A stretch of DNA of 64,000 nucleotides from Elusimicrobia bacterium GWA2_61_42 (GTDB lineage Bacteria > Elusimicrobiota > Elusimicrobia > Elusimicrobiales > UBA9959), in the NCBI GenBank assembly GCA_001799615.1, contig MGTU01000009.1, forward strand, positions 576-64,575, written 5' to 3'. The position numbers were made by a program, and so were the translations under genes. The notes below the pieces were generated by a model. It was not told the DNA's origin, searched no databases, and saw only the letters and a list, made by a program, of their open reading frames with translations. Of the stretch, positions 1-11,200 are shown piece by piece (position 1 is the stretch's first letter; each line of letters starts with the position of its first letter).

Positions 1-3000
1 CGCGGGCGGCGTCCAGCCGGCGGGGGCCTTGCCGGGCGCGGGGGCCAGTTCCTCGGCTGTCAGCACCACGCCCTTGCCCTTGGCCAGTTCTTCCTGGGTG
101 AAGAAGCCGGCGCAGCCTTTTTTCATGCTGATGAACGGCTCGCCGTCCACGGTGCTTTCATAGTTGAAGAAGAAGAGCCAGATGTCGCCGTTCTGCGCGA
201 AACGCTCTATATTGATGTCGTAGTGGATCACCTGGCCCGGCAGCGGCAGGGCCCGGTGGACTGTTACCTCGGCGTCGAGCAGGCGGTACATGGCCTTGCC
301 CCTGGTGCGGTCGTCAATGCCCAGGTAGCCGCAGAGGAACAGGTCGGCCTGGCCGGCCTCCACCGCTATGCAGGTGGGAATGCGGCCGCAGTCCAGGTAC
401 CAGGCGCCGGGCAGGATATCGTGCTCGGTGACCACGCTGCCGGAGGTCATGGAGCCGGGCTCGCCCTTCACGCTCAGGATCCGGTCCACCAGCATCAGCG
501 GTTCGTCGGGCAGGCGCACCCGGGTAGGGTAGGCATCGGCGGCAGCGAATTTTTCTCCGAGTACCTTGGCGATGGACCCGACGGCGAATTCCATGCACTG
601 CTCGCGGTTCATGAAAACTTTTTCCGGGGCGGAGCTGCCGGAAACGATCGCCGAGGCCGCGGGAGTGACGGGGGAGTGGGCGACCGGCATAGGGAGCACC
701 GCGCCGGGCTGACCGCCAAGGGCGCGCGCCAGGGTGCCCTGGAAGGCTATGTTCCTGGACTGGAGCTCGGTGAAGTTTTTGGAAAGCCGCAGGAAAATTT
801 CGTGGGCGTTGGCTTTGGCCGCGTTAGCCGCGGCGAAATTCTGCAGATAGGCCGGGCCCCCCTGCGCGGAAAGGGTTGCATGCTGGGGCAGCGCCTGCGG
901 AGCGAAGGAGACCGGTGCGATGGCGGCCTGCGCCGGCGCTGCGGCTGCTTGCGCGGGCGCGGGGGCGGGCCTGGCCGGGGCCGCGGGGGAGGAGCTCATG
1001 GCAGGAGTCTGCGGGGCGGCCTCGACAGTCGCTGGCCGCCAGATCAGCGCGTCGGGGGCCGGAACGGAAAGTCCGGCTTTAATTCTTGTTTTTTTCTGCG
1101 GGACGTCCTGGTGCGCGGCGGCGCGGGATTCCAGGCCGTAGAGGGGCGCCAGGTCTACCGGGGCCCGTTCGGCCAGCAGCCGCGCCAGCAGGCGCAGTAT
1201 GGTGCCAATCTCATCCTGGTTCTTCACGCAGGCGGGCCGAGCCGCGTGGGGCCGGCCGGCCAGGATCTTGTCTATCATCCGGGTGCAGGACGCCTGCGGT
1301 CCCAGCTCCACGAAAACCCTGGCGCCGTCTTCGTAGGCGCGTTTTACCAGCGACGGGAAGTCCAGGATGTGCACGGCCTGCGCCACGATCGAGTCGGCCG
1401 CGCTGTCGCGGGTCACGTCGTAGGGCTTTTTCCAGGCGCCGCTGTAGAATTTGATGCCGGGCGGAGGGTCGGTGGGGAAAAGGTGCAGGTCCCGGTACTG
1501 CTTCTCCACCAGCTTTGCCGCGGCGAAATGTACCGTGGACACGCCTTGCAGCGGCAGGAACACGCAGCCCATGCCCTGGACCAGTGAATCTACCGCCTTG
1601 CGGTAGCCGCCTACCACGCATTCCAGCGGGGCGTTGACGATGAGCAGCGCGGCGCGTTCGGCGCCTTTCAGGGCCAGGCGCACCGTTTCGGCCGGGCGGT
1701 CTATCACGCCCAGCACCCAGTCGGCCTTCTCGTCCTTGGGCAGATTCCAGAAGCGGCGGGCGGCGTCGCAGGGGCCGGCCAGGTCGCTGACGAACAGGCT
1801 GGACTCGTTGATGCGGCGCAGCATCTCGTCGCGCGCGGTCCACGTGCGGGTGGCGAAAAGCCCGGCGGTCTCGCCCAGGCTGTAGCCTATAACGATAGCC
1901 GGTTGTATCCCCAGCGAACGCACCAGGTCGCTGACGGCCGTGCCGTGGGCCACGGAGCCGAAGATCATGGAATTGTAGTCATCCACTATGCGCAGTTCCG
2001 TCTCCGCCTGCCAGCCCGGTTCCCAGGTCAGGCGCCAGGGGGCGAAGAGTTCCGGCACCATCTGGGCGCGCAGGTAGCCGTTCTCGGCGTCGAGCCGGCG
2101 GATGATCTCGGGCCACTGGGTCCAGAGGCCGCGGCCCATGCCGATATACTGGTTGCCGGAGCCGGGGAAAACGAAGGCGAGATTTTCTTTACGGGCCAAA
2201 CCGGCGGGGGAATAATAGACGCGGTCCTTGAAAACCGGTTTTTCCGGATCGCCGCGCAGCGCGGCCGCGGCTTCCGCGTGAAGGGCGAGCAATTCCGCCG
2301 CGTTCCGGGCCAGCAATACGCAGGCCCGTTTTTTTGCCGACCTTGCGCCGGCGCGGGCGAACCAGCTCCGGGCCAGCCGCTCGATGTTGACTTCCTGGTC
2401 CTGCTTTGAAAGCCAGGCGCGCAGGTCTTCCAGCCCTTCCAGCAGCCCGCGGGCGTCGTCGTCCTCTACCGCGAAAAGAGCTTCGGCCCGCGCGCCGAGC
2501 GGCTGGCGGCGCTCTATAGCAGGACGATCACCGGCCGCCTGCTCCAGGCCTTCTAAAACCACGTGGCCGCAGTTGCCGTCGAGGCCGAGGGCGCTGACGC
2601 CGGCGCGGCGCGGGCCTTCGGCCCGGTTGCGCAGCCAGTACTGGGGCTCCGGGGGAATGTGGAATCTTTTTTTAGCGCGAGCCAGCGTGGCCAGAGGAAA
2701 AATTTCGGCCAGCGGCGGGAGTATCTCCTGGTAAAGGGCCAGGGCGGTCTTTACCACGCCGGCGAGGCCGCAGGCGGGGCCCGTGTGGCCTATTACCGGT
2801 TTCACCGAGCCCAGCGCGCAGGGCAGCGGGGAGGCGGAGACGCCGTAAAAATCAGTGAGGGCTTCCGCTTCGGCCGCGTCCTCCGCGGGAATGCCGCTGC
2901 CGTGAGTTTCCAGGTAGCCGATAGTGGACGGGTCCACCTGCGCTTCTGCGTAGGCCTCGCGCAGCGCCGAGGCGTAGGCCTGCGGGGTGGGGGCGGGCTT

Positions 3001-5253
3001 GTCCACGCCGCCGCCGGAGGCGAAGCCCAGGCCCTTTATAACGGCGTAGACGCGGTCTCCGTCGCGCACGGCGTCGTCCAGGCGTTTGAGCACCAGGGCG
3101 GCCGCGCCTTCGCCCTGCACGGTGCCTGAGGCGGCGGTGTCGAAAGGTTTGGGCTGCGGCGCGAAAGGCCGCAGGGCGTCCGCGGCGTTCAGGGCGCGGG
3201 GATCTCCGTCCAGGGAGACCGCGCCGACCAGGGCGGTATCGAGTTCGCCGGCGCGCAGGGCGCGCACGGCCGTCTCGAGCGCCCGCAGGCCGGAGGTCTC
3301 GCCGCTGGAAATAGTGAAGCTGGGGCCTCCGACGTGGAATTCGCGGGCTATGCGGCTGGCCACTATGCCGCCCAGCGCTCCCATGGTGCGGTTGGCCGAG
3401 AGCGCCGGCCCGGCTTTTTCGCGCAGGGCCGACAGCAGGTCGGTCTCTTCTTTTTTTGAAAGTTTCCAGCCCTTCTCAGCCGCGTACCGGTGGGCGGTGT
3501 CGGCCAGGGCCCAGCGGAAATGGAAATTAGTGGTGTTCAGGTCCAGCCCCAGGCCTATAAAGACCCCGGCGTTCTCCAGGCCTTTGCCGCCGGCATCGGC
3601 TATGGCGCGGGCCGCGGTGTCGAGCATCAGCAGCTGCTGCGGCAGCATCTCCTCCAGTTCCTTCGGGGGGATGCGGTAAGCGTCGGCCGCCACGCCGACC
3701 TCGCGCAGGTAAAAACCTTTCTTGCCGGGGGGCAGGCCGCGCAGGCGTTCTCCCGGCAGATCGCCGGTCGGCGCGGCCGAGGTGCCGAGCGCGGCCTCCT
3801 GGAACTGCCGCAGGCCGCCCAGGGCGCCGAAGCGGGCTTCCATGCCGATTATGGCCACCGGCGCCGGCGGCGCGGGCGGGGCCTGCCGCAGGGCGGGAGT
3901 GTAGGAACCTGAGTATTCCTCCACCAGTACGTGGGCGTTGATGCCGCCGAAGCCGAAGGCGCTGACTGCGGCGCGGCGCGGGGTGCGCCCGTCGCGCTGG
4001 GCCCAGTCGGCGGCCTCGCTGTTCACGCGGAAAGGCGAATCGGCCAGTTTTATTTTGGGCCCGGGCTTGGAGAAATTGGCGGTAGGGGGCAGGGTCTTGT
4101 TCTGGAAGGCCAGCAGCACCTTCATCAGGCCGGCCGAGCCGGCGGCGGTGAGCAGGTGGCCGATATTGGATTTTACCGAGCCCAGGGCGCACTGGCCCTC
4201 GCTCCAGCCGCGCTCGCCCCAGAGGGTCTTGAGGCTTTCCACCTCCACCGGGTCGCCGGTGGGAGTGCCGGTGGCGTGGCACTCTATGTAGTCCACCTGG
4301 GACGGGGAAAGCCCGGACTGGCGGTAGGCGGAGCGCATGGCGTAGAGCTGCCCGGCGGTGTTGGGGGCCAGCAGGCTGCCGCCGATGTCGTTGGAGAGGC
4401 CTATGCCGGTGATCAGGCCGTAGATCTTGTCGCCGCTGCGCACGGCGTCGGCCAGGCGTTTGAGCACGAACATGCCGGCGCCTTCGCCCACTACCAGGCC
4501 GTCGGCGGCGGCGTCGAAGGGGGAGGGGCGGCCGGAAGGCGACAGGGCGCGCAGCTGGGAGAAACCCATCTGCGTGTAGAGGCTGGCCGGGCGGGAAACG
4601 CCGCCGGTCAGCATGGCGTCGGCGCGGCCGGAGCGGAGGGCGTCGACGGCCAGTTTTATGGCGTAAAGCGAAGAGGCGCAGGCCGCGTCCAGAGTAAAGC
4701 TGCCGCCGGAGAGGCCGAGGGCGCGGGCTATGGCGGCGCCGGGCAGGCCGGCCGGGTAGCGGTTGAGCGGATCGGTCTTGGATTTCAGGCTGGTGAGCTG
4801 TTTGCCCAGCACCGCCCTTTCGAAATCGGGGAGCAGGGTTTCCAGCGACAGCGCGGAGACGGCGTCCGTGGGCAGTACTATGTTGCCTATGATCACGCCC
4901 GTGCGGGCACGGTTTATTCTTTTTTCTCCGGCGTCCAGAACGGCCTGCCGGGCGGCGTGCAGGGCCAGGTGGAAAACGGGGTCCAGTTTTTCGATGAAGG
5001 TTTCCCGCAGGTCCAGCCCGCCCGTGTCCAGCCGGAAATTCTCGACGAAGCAGGCCTTGAGGGAATAGACCTTGTCCGGCGCGCCTTTCTGCGGGTCGAA
5101 AGCTTCGCCGCCGGGCAGGATCCAGCGGCCGGCCGGCGCGTCTTTGGCCGAGCAGCTGCCTCCGGCTATGTTGGACCAGAAAGCCGGGAGGTCGGCCGCG
5201 CCGGGAAAAATGCCGCCGGCGCCGACTATCGCTATGGGCTGAATCTCTTTCAT
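1..5253 (-). CDS. pfaC: PUFA/secondary-lipid synthase subunit, PfaC/Pfa3-like (KS - chain-length-factor - AT - FabA-type DH ...); 3' end lies outside the window
   Basis: Absent from the ORF track because the frame never closes inside the window. Hand translation of the minus strand from the ATG at 5253..5251 gives MKEIQPIAIVGAGGIFPGAADLPAFW. Motifs found: KS active site FTLDAACASSLYA (Cys codon about 4680..4678); a second KS-like domain with the Cys lost (GPSFTISSGETSGL, about 3300..3260, CLF type); AT motif VIGYSLGETA (about 1893..1864); FabA-like DH HDILPGAWYLDCGRIP...YRLLDAEVTVHRALPLPGQVIHYDI (about 440..215). The start shares one base with the pfaA stop (TGATG). Confidence 0.85.
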   Translation of the reverse strand, partial: MKEIQPIAIVGAGGIFPGAADLPAFWSNIAGGSCSAKDAPAGRWILPGGEAFDPQKGAPDKVYSLKACFVENFRLDTGGLDLRETFIEKLDPVFHLALHAARQAVLDAGEKRINRARTGVIIGNIVLPTDAVSALSLETLLPDFERAVLGKQLTSLKSKTDPLNRYPAGLPGAAIARALGLSGGSFTLDAACASSLYAIKLAVDALRSGRADAMLTGGVSRPASLYTQMGFSQLRALSPSGRPSPFDAAADGLVVGEGAGMFVLKRLADAVRSGDKIYGLITGIGLSNDIGGSLLAPNTAGQLYAMRSAYRQSGLSPSQVDYIECHATGTPTGDPVEVESLKTLWGERGWSEGQCALGSVKSNIGHLLTAAGSAGLMKVLLAFQNKTLPPTANFSKPGPKIKLADSPFRVNSEAADWAQRDGRTPRRAAVSAFGFGGINAHVLVEEYSGSYTPALRQAPPAPPAPVAIIGMEARFGALGGLRQFQEAALGTSAAPTGDLPGERLRGLPPGKKGFYLREVGVAADAYRIPPKELEEMLPQQLLMLDTAARAIADAGGKGLENAGVFIGLGLDLNTTNFHFRWALADTAHRYAAEKGWKLSKKEETDLLSALREKAGPALSANRTMGALGGIVASRIAREFHVGGPSFTISSGETSGLRALETAVRALRAGELDTALVGAVSLDGDPRALNAADALRPFAPQPKPFDTAASGTVQGEGAAALVLKRLDDAVRDGDRVYAVIKGLGFASGGGVDKPAPTPQAYASALREAYAEAQVDPSTIGYLETHGSGIPAEDAAEAEALTDFYGVSASPLPCALGSVKPVIGHTGPACGLAGVVKTALALYQEILPPLAEIFPLATLARAKKRFHIPPEPQYWLRNRAEGPRRAGVSALGLDGNCGHVVLEGLEQAAGDRPAIERRQPLGARAEALFAVEDDDARGLLEGLEDLRAWLSKQDQEVNIERLARSWFARAGARSAKKRACVLLARNAAELLALHAEAAAALRGDPEKPVFKDRVYYSPAGLARKENLAFVFPGSGNQYIGMGRGLWTQWPEIIRRLDAENGYLRAQMVPELFAPWRLTWEPGWQAETELRIVDDYNSMIFGSVAHGTAVSDLVRSLGIQPAIVIGYSLGETAGLFATRTWTARDEMLRRINESSLFVSDLAGPCDAARRFWNLPKDEKADWVLGVIDRPAETVRLALKGAERAALLIVNAPLECVVGGYRKAVDSLVQGMGCVFLPLQGVSTVHFAAAKLVEKQYRDLHLFPTDPPPGIKFYSGAWKKPYDVTRDSAADSIVAQAVHILDFPSLVKRAYEDGARVFVELGPQASCTRMIDKILAGRPHAARPACVKNQDEIGTILRLLARLLAERAPVDLAPLYGLESRAAAHQDVPQKKTRIKAGLSVPAPDALIWRPATVEAAPQTPAMSSSPAAPARPAPAPAQAAAAPAQAAIAPVSFAPQALPQHATLSAQGGPAYLQNFAAANAAKANAHEIFLRLSKNFTELQSRNIAFQGTLARALGGQPGAVLPMPVAHSPVTPAASAIVSGSSAPEKVFMNREQCMEFAVGSIAKVLGEKFAAADAYPTRVRLPDEPLMLVDRILSVKGEPGSMTSGSVVTEHDILPGAWYLDCGRIPTCIAVEAGQADLFLCGYLGIDDRTRGKAMYRLLDAEVTVHRALPLPGQVIHYDINIERFAQNGDIWLFFFNYESTVDGEPFISMKKGCAGFFTQEELAKGKGVVLTAEELAPAPGKAPAGWTPPA

Positions 5254-8200
5254 CAGGCGGCGGTCGCGCTCAGCTCCTTCTTCTGAAAAGCGGCGTTAAG
5301 GGCCTTGTCCACGGTGGAGTCGTAGCCTTCCAGCCTGGCCACCAGTGCGCCCTTGTCGTCGGTAAAATCTATGTCGGCCGTGCAGGCGTGCTCGGCGCTG
5401 CGGGTCACGCGCGCGGAGATCCGCACCCCGCCGCCGGGGAACTGCGAGTATTGGCGGTAGGCGGCGGCCGAGTTGGGCAGCGAGCAGGCGCCGGAGTTCT
5501 CGAAGGTCCAGAGGATCATACCCTGGAAGGCGGCGTCGAGGGCGGCGGGGTCAGCCAGCCAGCGGTCGCGCAGCGGGCTGCGCATCCAGGAGGCCGGCGG
5601 CAGCGAGGCCGCGGCGTCCAGCACTATGCCCTTTTCAGAGACGCCCGCCACCGAGCGGATGAAGCGCATGTCCTCGCCGTGGAAAAGGATCTCGCCGTAG
5701 GCCTTGTCCGCGGTGCGCGGGTAAGGCTTGAGGGGGAAGTCGGGCGCCGGAGCGGCGGCTGCGGGCAGCGCGGCGGCCAGCACTATTTCGGCGCCGGCGT
5801 GCAGTTCCCCGTTGGGGCCGCGCAGTTCGACCGGCACGGCGAAGAGGCCGTTAAGCTTCGAGGTTTTTCCAGCCAGAGCGGAGACCCGGTAGGTCCCGCC
5901 CTCCAGCAGTATGCCCTTGTAGATCTTGAGGCCGTTGAAGCCGTGGAAGAGCAGGCCCGGGTTGCCGTGCAGCGCGGCGTGGGCCAGCCATTCGGTTATC
6001 ACGGCCGTCGGCACCACCGCTTTGCCGTTGATGACGTGCGAGCGCAGGAAAGGGCTGTCGGCCACGGAGACGGAAAAGTCGAAAGCGCGCGCGAGCGCCC
6101 GGCCGGAGACCGGCGGGGTCGCGGCCGGGGCTTTGGGCCTGGCCACCACTACCACCTCGGCCGGGCCGCCCTGCAGAGAGAGTTCGTTGACCAGGAACCT
6201 GCCGCCTTCCTCGAGGCCTATCACACCCACGCCCTCTTTGGCAAAGAGGGCCTTGAGCCCGTCGTTAACCATGCCGCCGTCCCACGGGCCCCAGTTGAAA
6301 GAGGCCACGCGGCAGTCGGGCAGGCGGCGCGCCAGCAGGCGGGCCGTCTTGTTGAGCACTTCGTTGGCCATCGCGTAATCGCACTGGCCGGCGCGGCCGA
6401 AGCGCGCGGTGGAGGAGGAATAAAGCGCCAGCGCTTTAAGTTTCGTCAGGTCCAGCGCTGTTAATATGTTGCGCAGTCCGACCACCTTGGTGTCGAACAC
6501 GGAGCTGAACTGCTCGTCGGTCTTGTCCAGCAGCAGCTTGTCGGCCAGTACGCCGGCGCCGTGCACCAGGCCGCGCACGGGGCCCAGCTCTTTCTTGACT
6601 TTGGCCAGGGCTTCTCCCACGGCTTTGGCGTCGCGTATGTCCGCGGAGTAATAGGAGGCGCGCGAGCCGGCGGCCTCGAAGCGGTTGAGCTGGGCGCGGA
6701 TCTCGCGGGCGGCCAGTATGCTGCGGCACTGCTCGCCGGCCGCCTTCGGGGCCATGCCCGGGTTGCGCGACAGCAGGGCTTTCTTTATATCGTTCTCGGA
6801 GCCGCAGGCGGCCAGCCAGCCTTCTTCGGCTGCAGGCAGGGGGCTGCGGCCCAGCACGGCCAGGGCAGCGCCGCAGGCGGCGGCCAGGGCGGCCGCGGCC
6901 TCGGCGGTGACGCCGCGCGCCCCGCCGGTGATGAGCACTACGTCGCCTTTGGCCAGGGGGAAATCCTCGCCCTTGACCTGTTCCGAGCGGCTCAGCAGCA
7001 CTACTTTGCTGCCGGTATCGGAAAGGCCCAGCTCGGCCGGGCCCTTGCAGAAGAGCTCGTCGGCCACGGCTTGCGCCACGGAGACGGTGTGGGTCCAGTC
7101 GGCGGCGGCGTCCAGCGCGCGGCAGGAAACTTCAGGCCACTCGTGCCCGGCCGTCTTGGCCAGGCCTGCCAGCCCGCCGAAAACAGGGTCCTGCTCGGAC
7201 TTGAGCCCCGAGATGCCGAAGGCGCCGTCCAGGCGGGAGACCGTCATCAGGACGGCTCCGGAGGCTTTGCCGGCGGCCTTAAGCGCGGGGCCGGCGGCGC
7301 GGGTCAGGCTGAAAGCTTTTTTCAGGAAAGCTTCCGAGGTCCCGTTCCAGAAATCCTTCTTGCCGAGCTTTACCGCGGGGGCGATTATCACCAGGCCCGC
7401 CAGGCCGGTGCCTGGCACGGCCGTTTCATCGAGTGAAACCGTCTTTGCCGCGTGGCCGCGTTCCACGAGATTTTTAACTATTGCCGCCGACAGGGCAGAG
7501 CCGTCCTCGGTAACCCAGATCGGAAGTTTTTTGTCGAGCGGTACCGCCTGCCGGGGAGCGGAGAGGTCCAGTTCCGCGGTCTTGAGCACTTCGCGGACTA
7601 TTTCGCTCTCGAAAGTTTTTGCGGCCGCCGCGGCGGGGGCCGGGACGGGCGCGGGGGCCGCGCCGGCCGTGAGATGGGCCGCCACCTGGCGCAGGGTGCG
7701 GATGGCGCCGAGCTGCTCCGGGGTAATGCGCGGGGCGGACGGCAGCCTTTCCTGCAGTTCGGAAAGAATGGCCACGCGCTTGATGGAGTCGATGCCGAGG
7801 TCGGACTCCATGTCCATGTCCTGGTTGAGCGACTCGGCCGGGTAGCCGGTCTGGGCCGAGACTATCTCGAGGAGTACGCTGGAAATTTCTGAACCCGCCG
7901 CTGCCGGGGCCTGCTGCGCGGGGGCCGCCGGCATTCCGGCGCTGAGGTGGGCGGCCACCTGGCGCAGCGTGCGTATGGAACCGAGCTGTTCAGGCGTAAT
8001 GCGGGGGGCGGAAGGCAACTTCTCCTGCAGCTCGGAGAGTATCGCCACGCGCTTTATGGAATCGATGCCGAGGTCGGACTCCATGTCCATGTCCTGGTTG
8101 AGCGACTCGGCCGGGTAGCCGGTCTGGGCCGAGACTATTTCGAGCAATACTTTGGAAACTTCGGAACCGGCCGCCACGGGGGCCGGCTGCGCGGGCGCGG

Positions 8201-11200
8201 CCTGGACCGCGGGCATTCCGGCGCTGAGGTGGGCGGCCACCTGGCGCAGGGTGCGGATGGAGCCGAGCTGCTCGGGCGTAATGCGGGGCGCGGTGGGGAG
8301 TTTCTCCTGGAGCTCGGAGAGAATGGCCACGCGCTTGATGGAATCGATGCCGAGGTCGGACTCCATGTCCATATCCTGGTTGAGCGATTCGGCCGGGTAA
8401 CCGGTCTGGGACGAAACGATATCCAGCAGCACTTTCGCGACGTCGGGCCCGGCCGCGGCCGGGGCGGGCAGGGCGGGGGCCGGTGCCGGCTGGTACGCCG
8501 GGACGGCAGCGCGGGGGGCGGGGGCGGGCTGGTACGCGGGCCACGGCTGGGCCGGCGCGCCGCCGAAGAACTGCTGCTGCTGGTCCAGCAGGGTCTGGAA
8601 GGAGCGCTGGGCGGCTTCCTGTCCCTCGAGGAAACGGGTATGCAGGATAGCGGTCTGCTCCTGCATCTTCTGCAGGGCGGCCATGCTTTCCTGCGTAATG
8701 CGCAGCGCGTCGGAGGCGTAGGCCTGCAGGGCAGGCTGCATGGCCGGCGCTCCGGTGAGTGCCTGCGCGGCCGCCGGGGCGGCGACTACCCTGCGGAGCG
8801 CGGGCTTTTGACCGGCGGGGCGGGGGGAGCGGTAATTGGCGCCGGTAAGTTTAACGGCAAGCTTGGAAACCTTGTTCTCCAGCACGTCCTTCACGCCGGC
8901 TTCCCCGTTCTCCCAGGCGGCGAGGTCCAGTTTATAACCCAGCGCAGCCAGGCGGGCCAGCGCGCGCGCGGCGTCGGCTATGCCGGAGCGTTTGCCGGCG
9001 GAGGCGTCCAGGGCGAAAGCGGTATGCGGCTTGCCGGCCAGGATGGCCGAGGCCAGGCCGGTCAGGCGCGAGCCGGGGCCCACCTCAAGGAATACGCGCG
9101 TTCCTGCGGCGTACATCTTCTCTATCATCGCAGTGAACTCCACAGGCGAGGCCAGCTGCGACGCCAGGATCTCGCGCGCCTTGCCGGGGTTCTCCGGGTA
9201 GGCTTCGGCGGTCTTGTTGGCGTAAACGGCGGCAACCGGCTTGTCGAATTTGACTTTCTCCAGCGCGGCGGCGAACTCTTTCTGCGCGCCGGCCACCAGC
9301 GGGCTGTGGAAAGCGGCCGAGACCTGCAGCTGCGTGCTCTTGAGGCCGCGGCTGGCGAAGGCTGCGGCGGCCCGCTTTATTTCTTCGGTGCGCCCTGACA
9401 GTACGAACTGCGCCGGGGCGTTCTTGTTGGCGATAATGAGGTCGAGCTTTTCTTCCTTAACGACTTTTTCCACGTCGGCGAGGCCGGCCTGCACGGCCAG
9501 CATTCCCCCGCGGTCGCCGGAGCCGGCGGCCATCAGGGAGCCGCGCAGTTTGGACAGGGAGAACAGTGAGGCAGCGTCAAAGGCGCCGGCCGCGCAGAGC
9601 GCCGCCAGTTCGCCGTAGCTGTGCCCGGCGAAAGCGTCGGGCTTGAGGCCGAAGCCGGCCAGCACGCGCCAGGCGCCCAGGGCGGCCGCGCCCAGCGCAG
9701 GCTGCGCCACCGAGGTGTCGCGCAGGGCGTCGGCCTGGGCCTGCCTGCCCTCCGGGGTGAAGGCGGACCTGGGATAGATGAAGTCGGAGAGCGGCTTATC
9801 GCCGCCGAAGGCCTTGTCGGCCGCGGCCAGCGTATCCAGCGCGGCGGGGAAACGGCAGACTATATCGCGCTGCATGCCTGGGTACTGCGCGCCCTGGCCG
9901 GGGAACAGCACGGCCAGCTTTTCGGGCGCGCCGGAGGCGTAGAACACGCCGTCGGGAGTGGTCCAGGAGGCGGCCTGCTGCGAAGAGAGATTGGAGAGAG
10001 CGGAAGCTATGACTTTATTATAGTCGGAGTCCCGCTCCAGCACGAAGGTAAGGCGCGCGGCGCCGTCGGCCTTGTAGGCAGCGCGGGAGCGCATGGCTTT
10101 AACGCGCAGGTCGTTCCACTGCAGCCCTGCCCAGCCGGCCAGCTCGGTCTTCAGCGTTCCTGCGTCGGGCCCGGAGAGGGCCGCGATCTGCACTTCGCCG
10201 TCCCAGTCGGGCTGGGCCTTAACGGGGGAGTATTCCTCCAGCACGGCGTGGAAATTGGCGCCGCCGAACCCCAGGGCGCTCACGGCCGCCCGGCGGGGGT
10301 GGCTCTTCGGCAGCCAGGGGCGCAGTTCGGTGTTGAGGTAGAAGGGGGTAGTTCCGGCCGCCAGCTGTTTTACCGGCGCGGTTACTTTAATGGTGGGCGG
10401 GAGGGTTTTGTTGTAGAGCGAGAGGGCGGCCTTGATGAGGCCGGCCGAACCGGCGGCGGCCTTGGTGTGGCCGATCATGGATTTCACCGAGCCGAGGGCG
10501 CACCAGGTGCCTTCCTTCCTGCTGTCGCGATAAACTTCGGTGAGGGCGTCCACTTCTACGCCGTCGCCGACGGTGGTGCCGGTGCCGTGCGCTTCCGCCA
10601 TCTCCACCGTGTCGGGGGAAACGCCGGTGACGGAGTAGGCGTTCCTGAGCGCGCGGGCCTGACCTTCGGCGCTGGGGGCGTAGATGGCCTTGCCTTTGCC
10701 GTCGGAGGAGGAGCCCACGCCCTTGAGCACGGCGTAGATCCTGTCGCCGTCCTTAACGGCGTCGTCGAGGCGCTTCATCACCATCATGCCCAGGCCTTCG
10801 CCCAGGGCCGTGCCGTCGGCGGAAGCGTCGAAAGGCTTGGCGTTGCCGTCGGCGGACAGCGCCGGGGTCTTGCTGAAGCACATGTACATGAAAATATCGT
10901 TGAAACAGTCCACGCCGCCGGTGACCACCATGGTGGAGCGCCTGGTGGCCAGCTCCATGGAGGCCATGTGCACCGCGCCCAGCGAGGAGCCGCAGGCGGC
11001 GTCCACCACGCAGTTGGTGCCGCCCAGGTTGAAGCGGTTGGCCACGCGGCCGGAGACCACGTTGCCGAGCAGGCCGGGGAAGGAACTTTCCTGCCACGGG
11101 ACGTAGTCCTCCTGCATGCGTGAGATGATGGCTTCGGCGTCCGCGCCGGTTATGCCGAACTCGGAGAGGGCCTTGCGCCACTTGGGGTGGCCCAGGCGGG

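Noticed and set aside
223-5286. Long plus-strand ORFs (223..1587, 1903..2409, 2563..3129, 3086..3679, 3931..5286 and others) over the left 5 kb
   Set aside because: They are antisense to a continuous minus-strand frame encoding recognisable KS, CLF, AT and DH motifs. Their translations are Gly/Ala/Arg-rich low-complexity sequence typical of GC-rich antisense frames.
7665-8455. Regular ~280-bp repeats, checked as a possible CRISPR array (also the 177-bp repeats at 32.4-35.4 kb)
   Set aside because: Both are in-frame coding repeats (ACP domains and adhesin-like repeats). The repeat units are far longer than CRISPR repeats, and there are no cas genes in the window.
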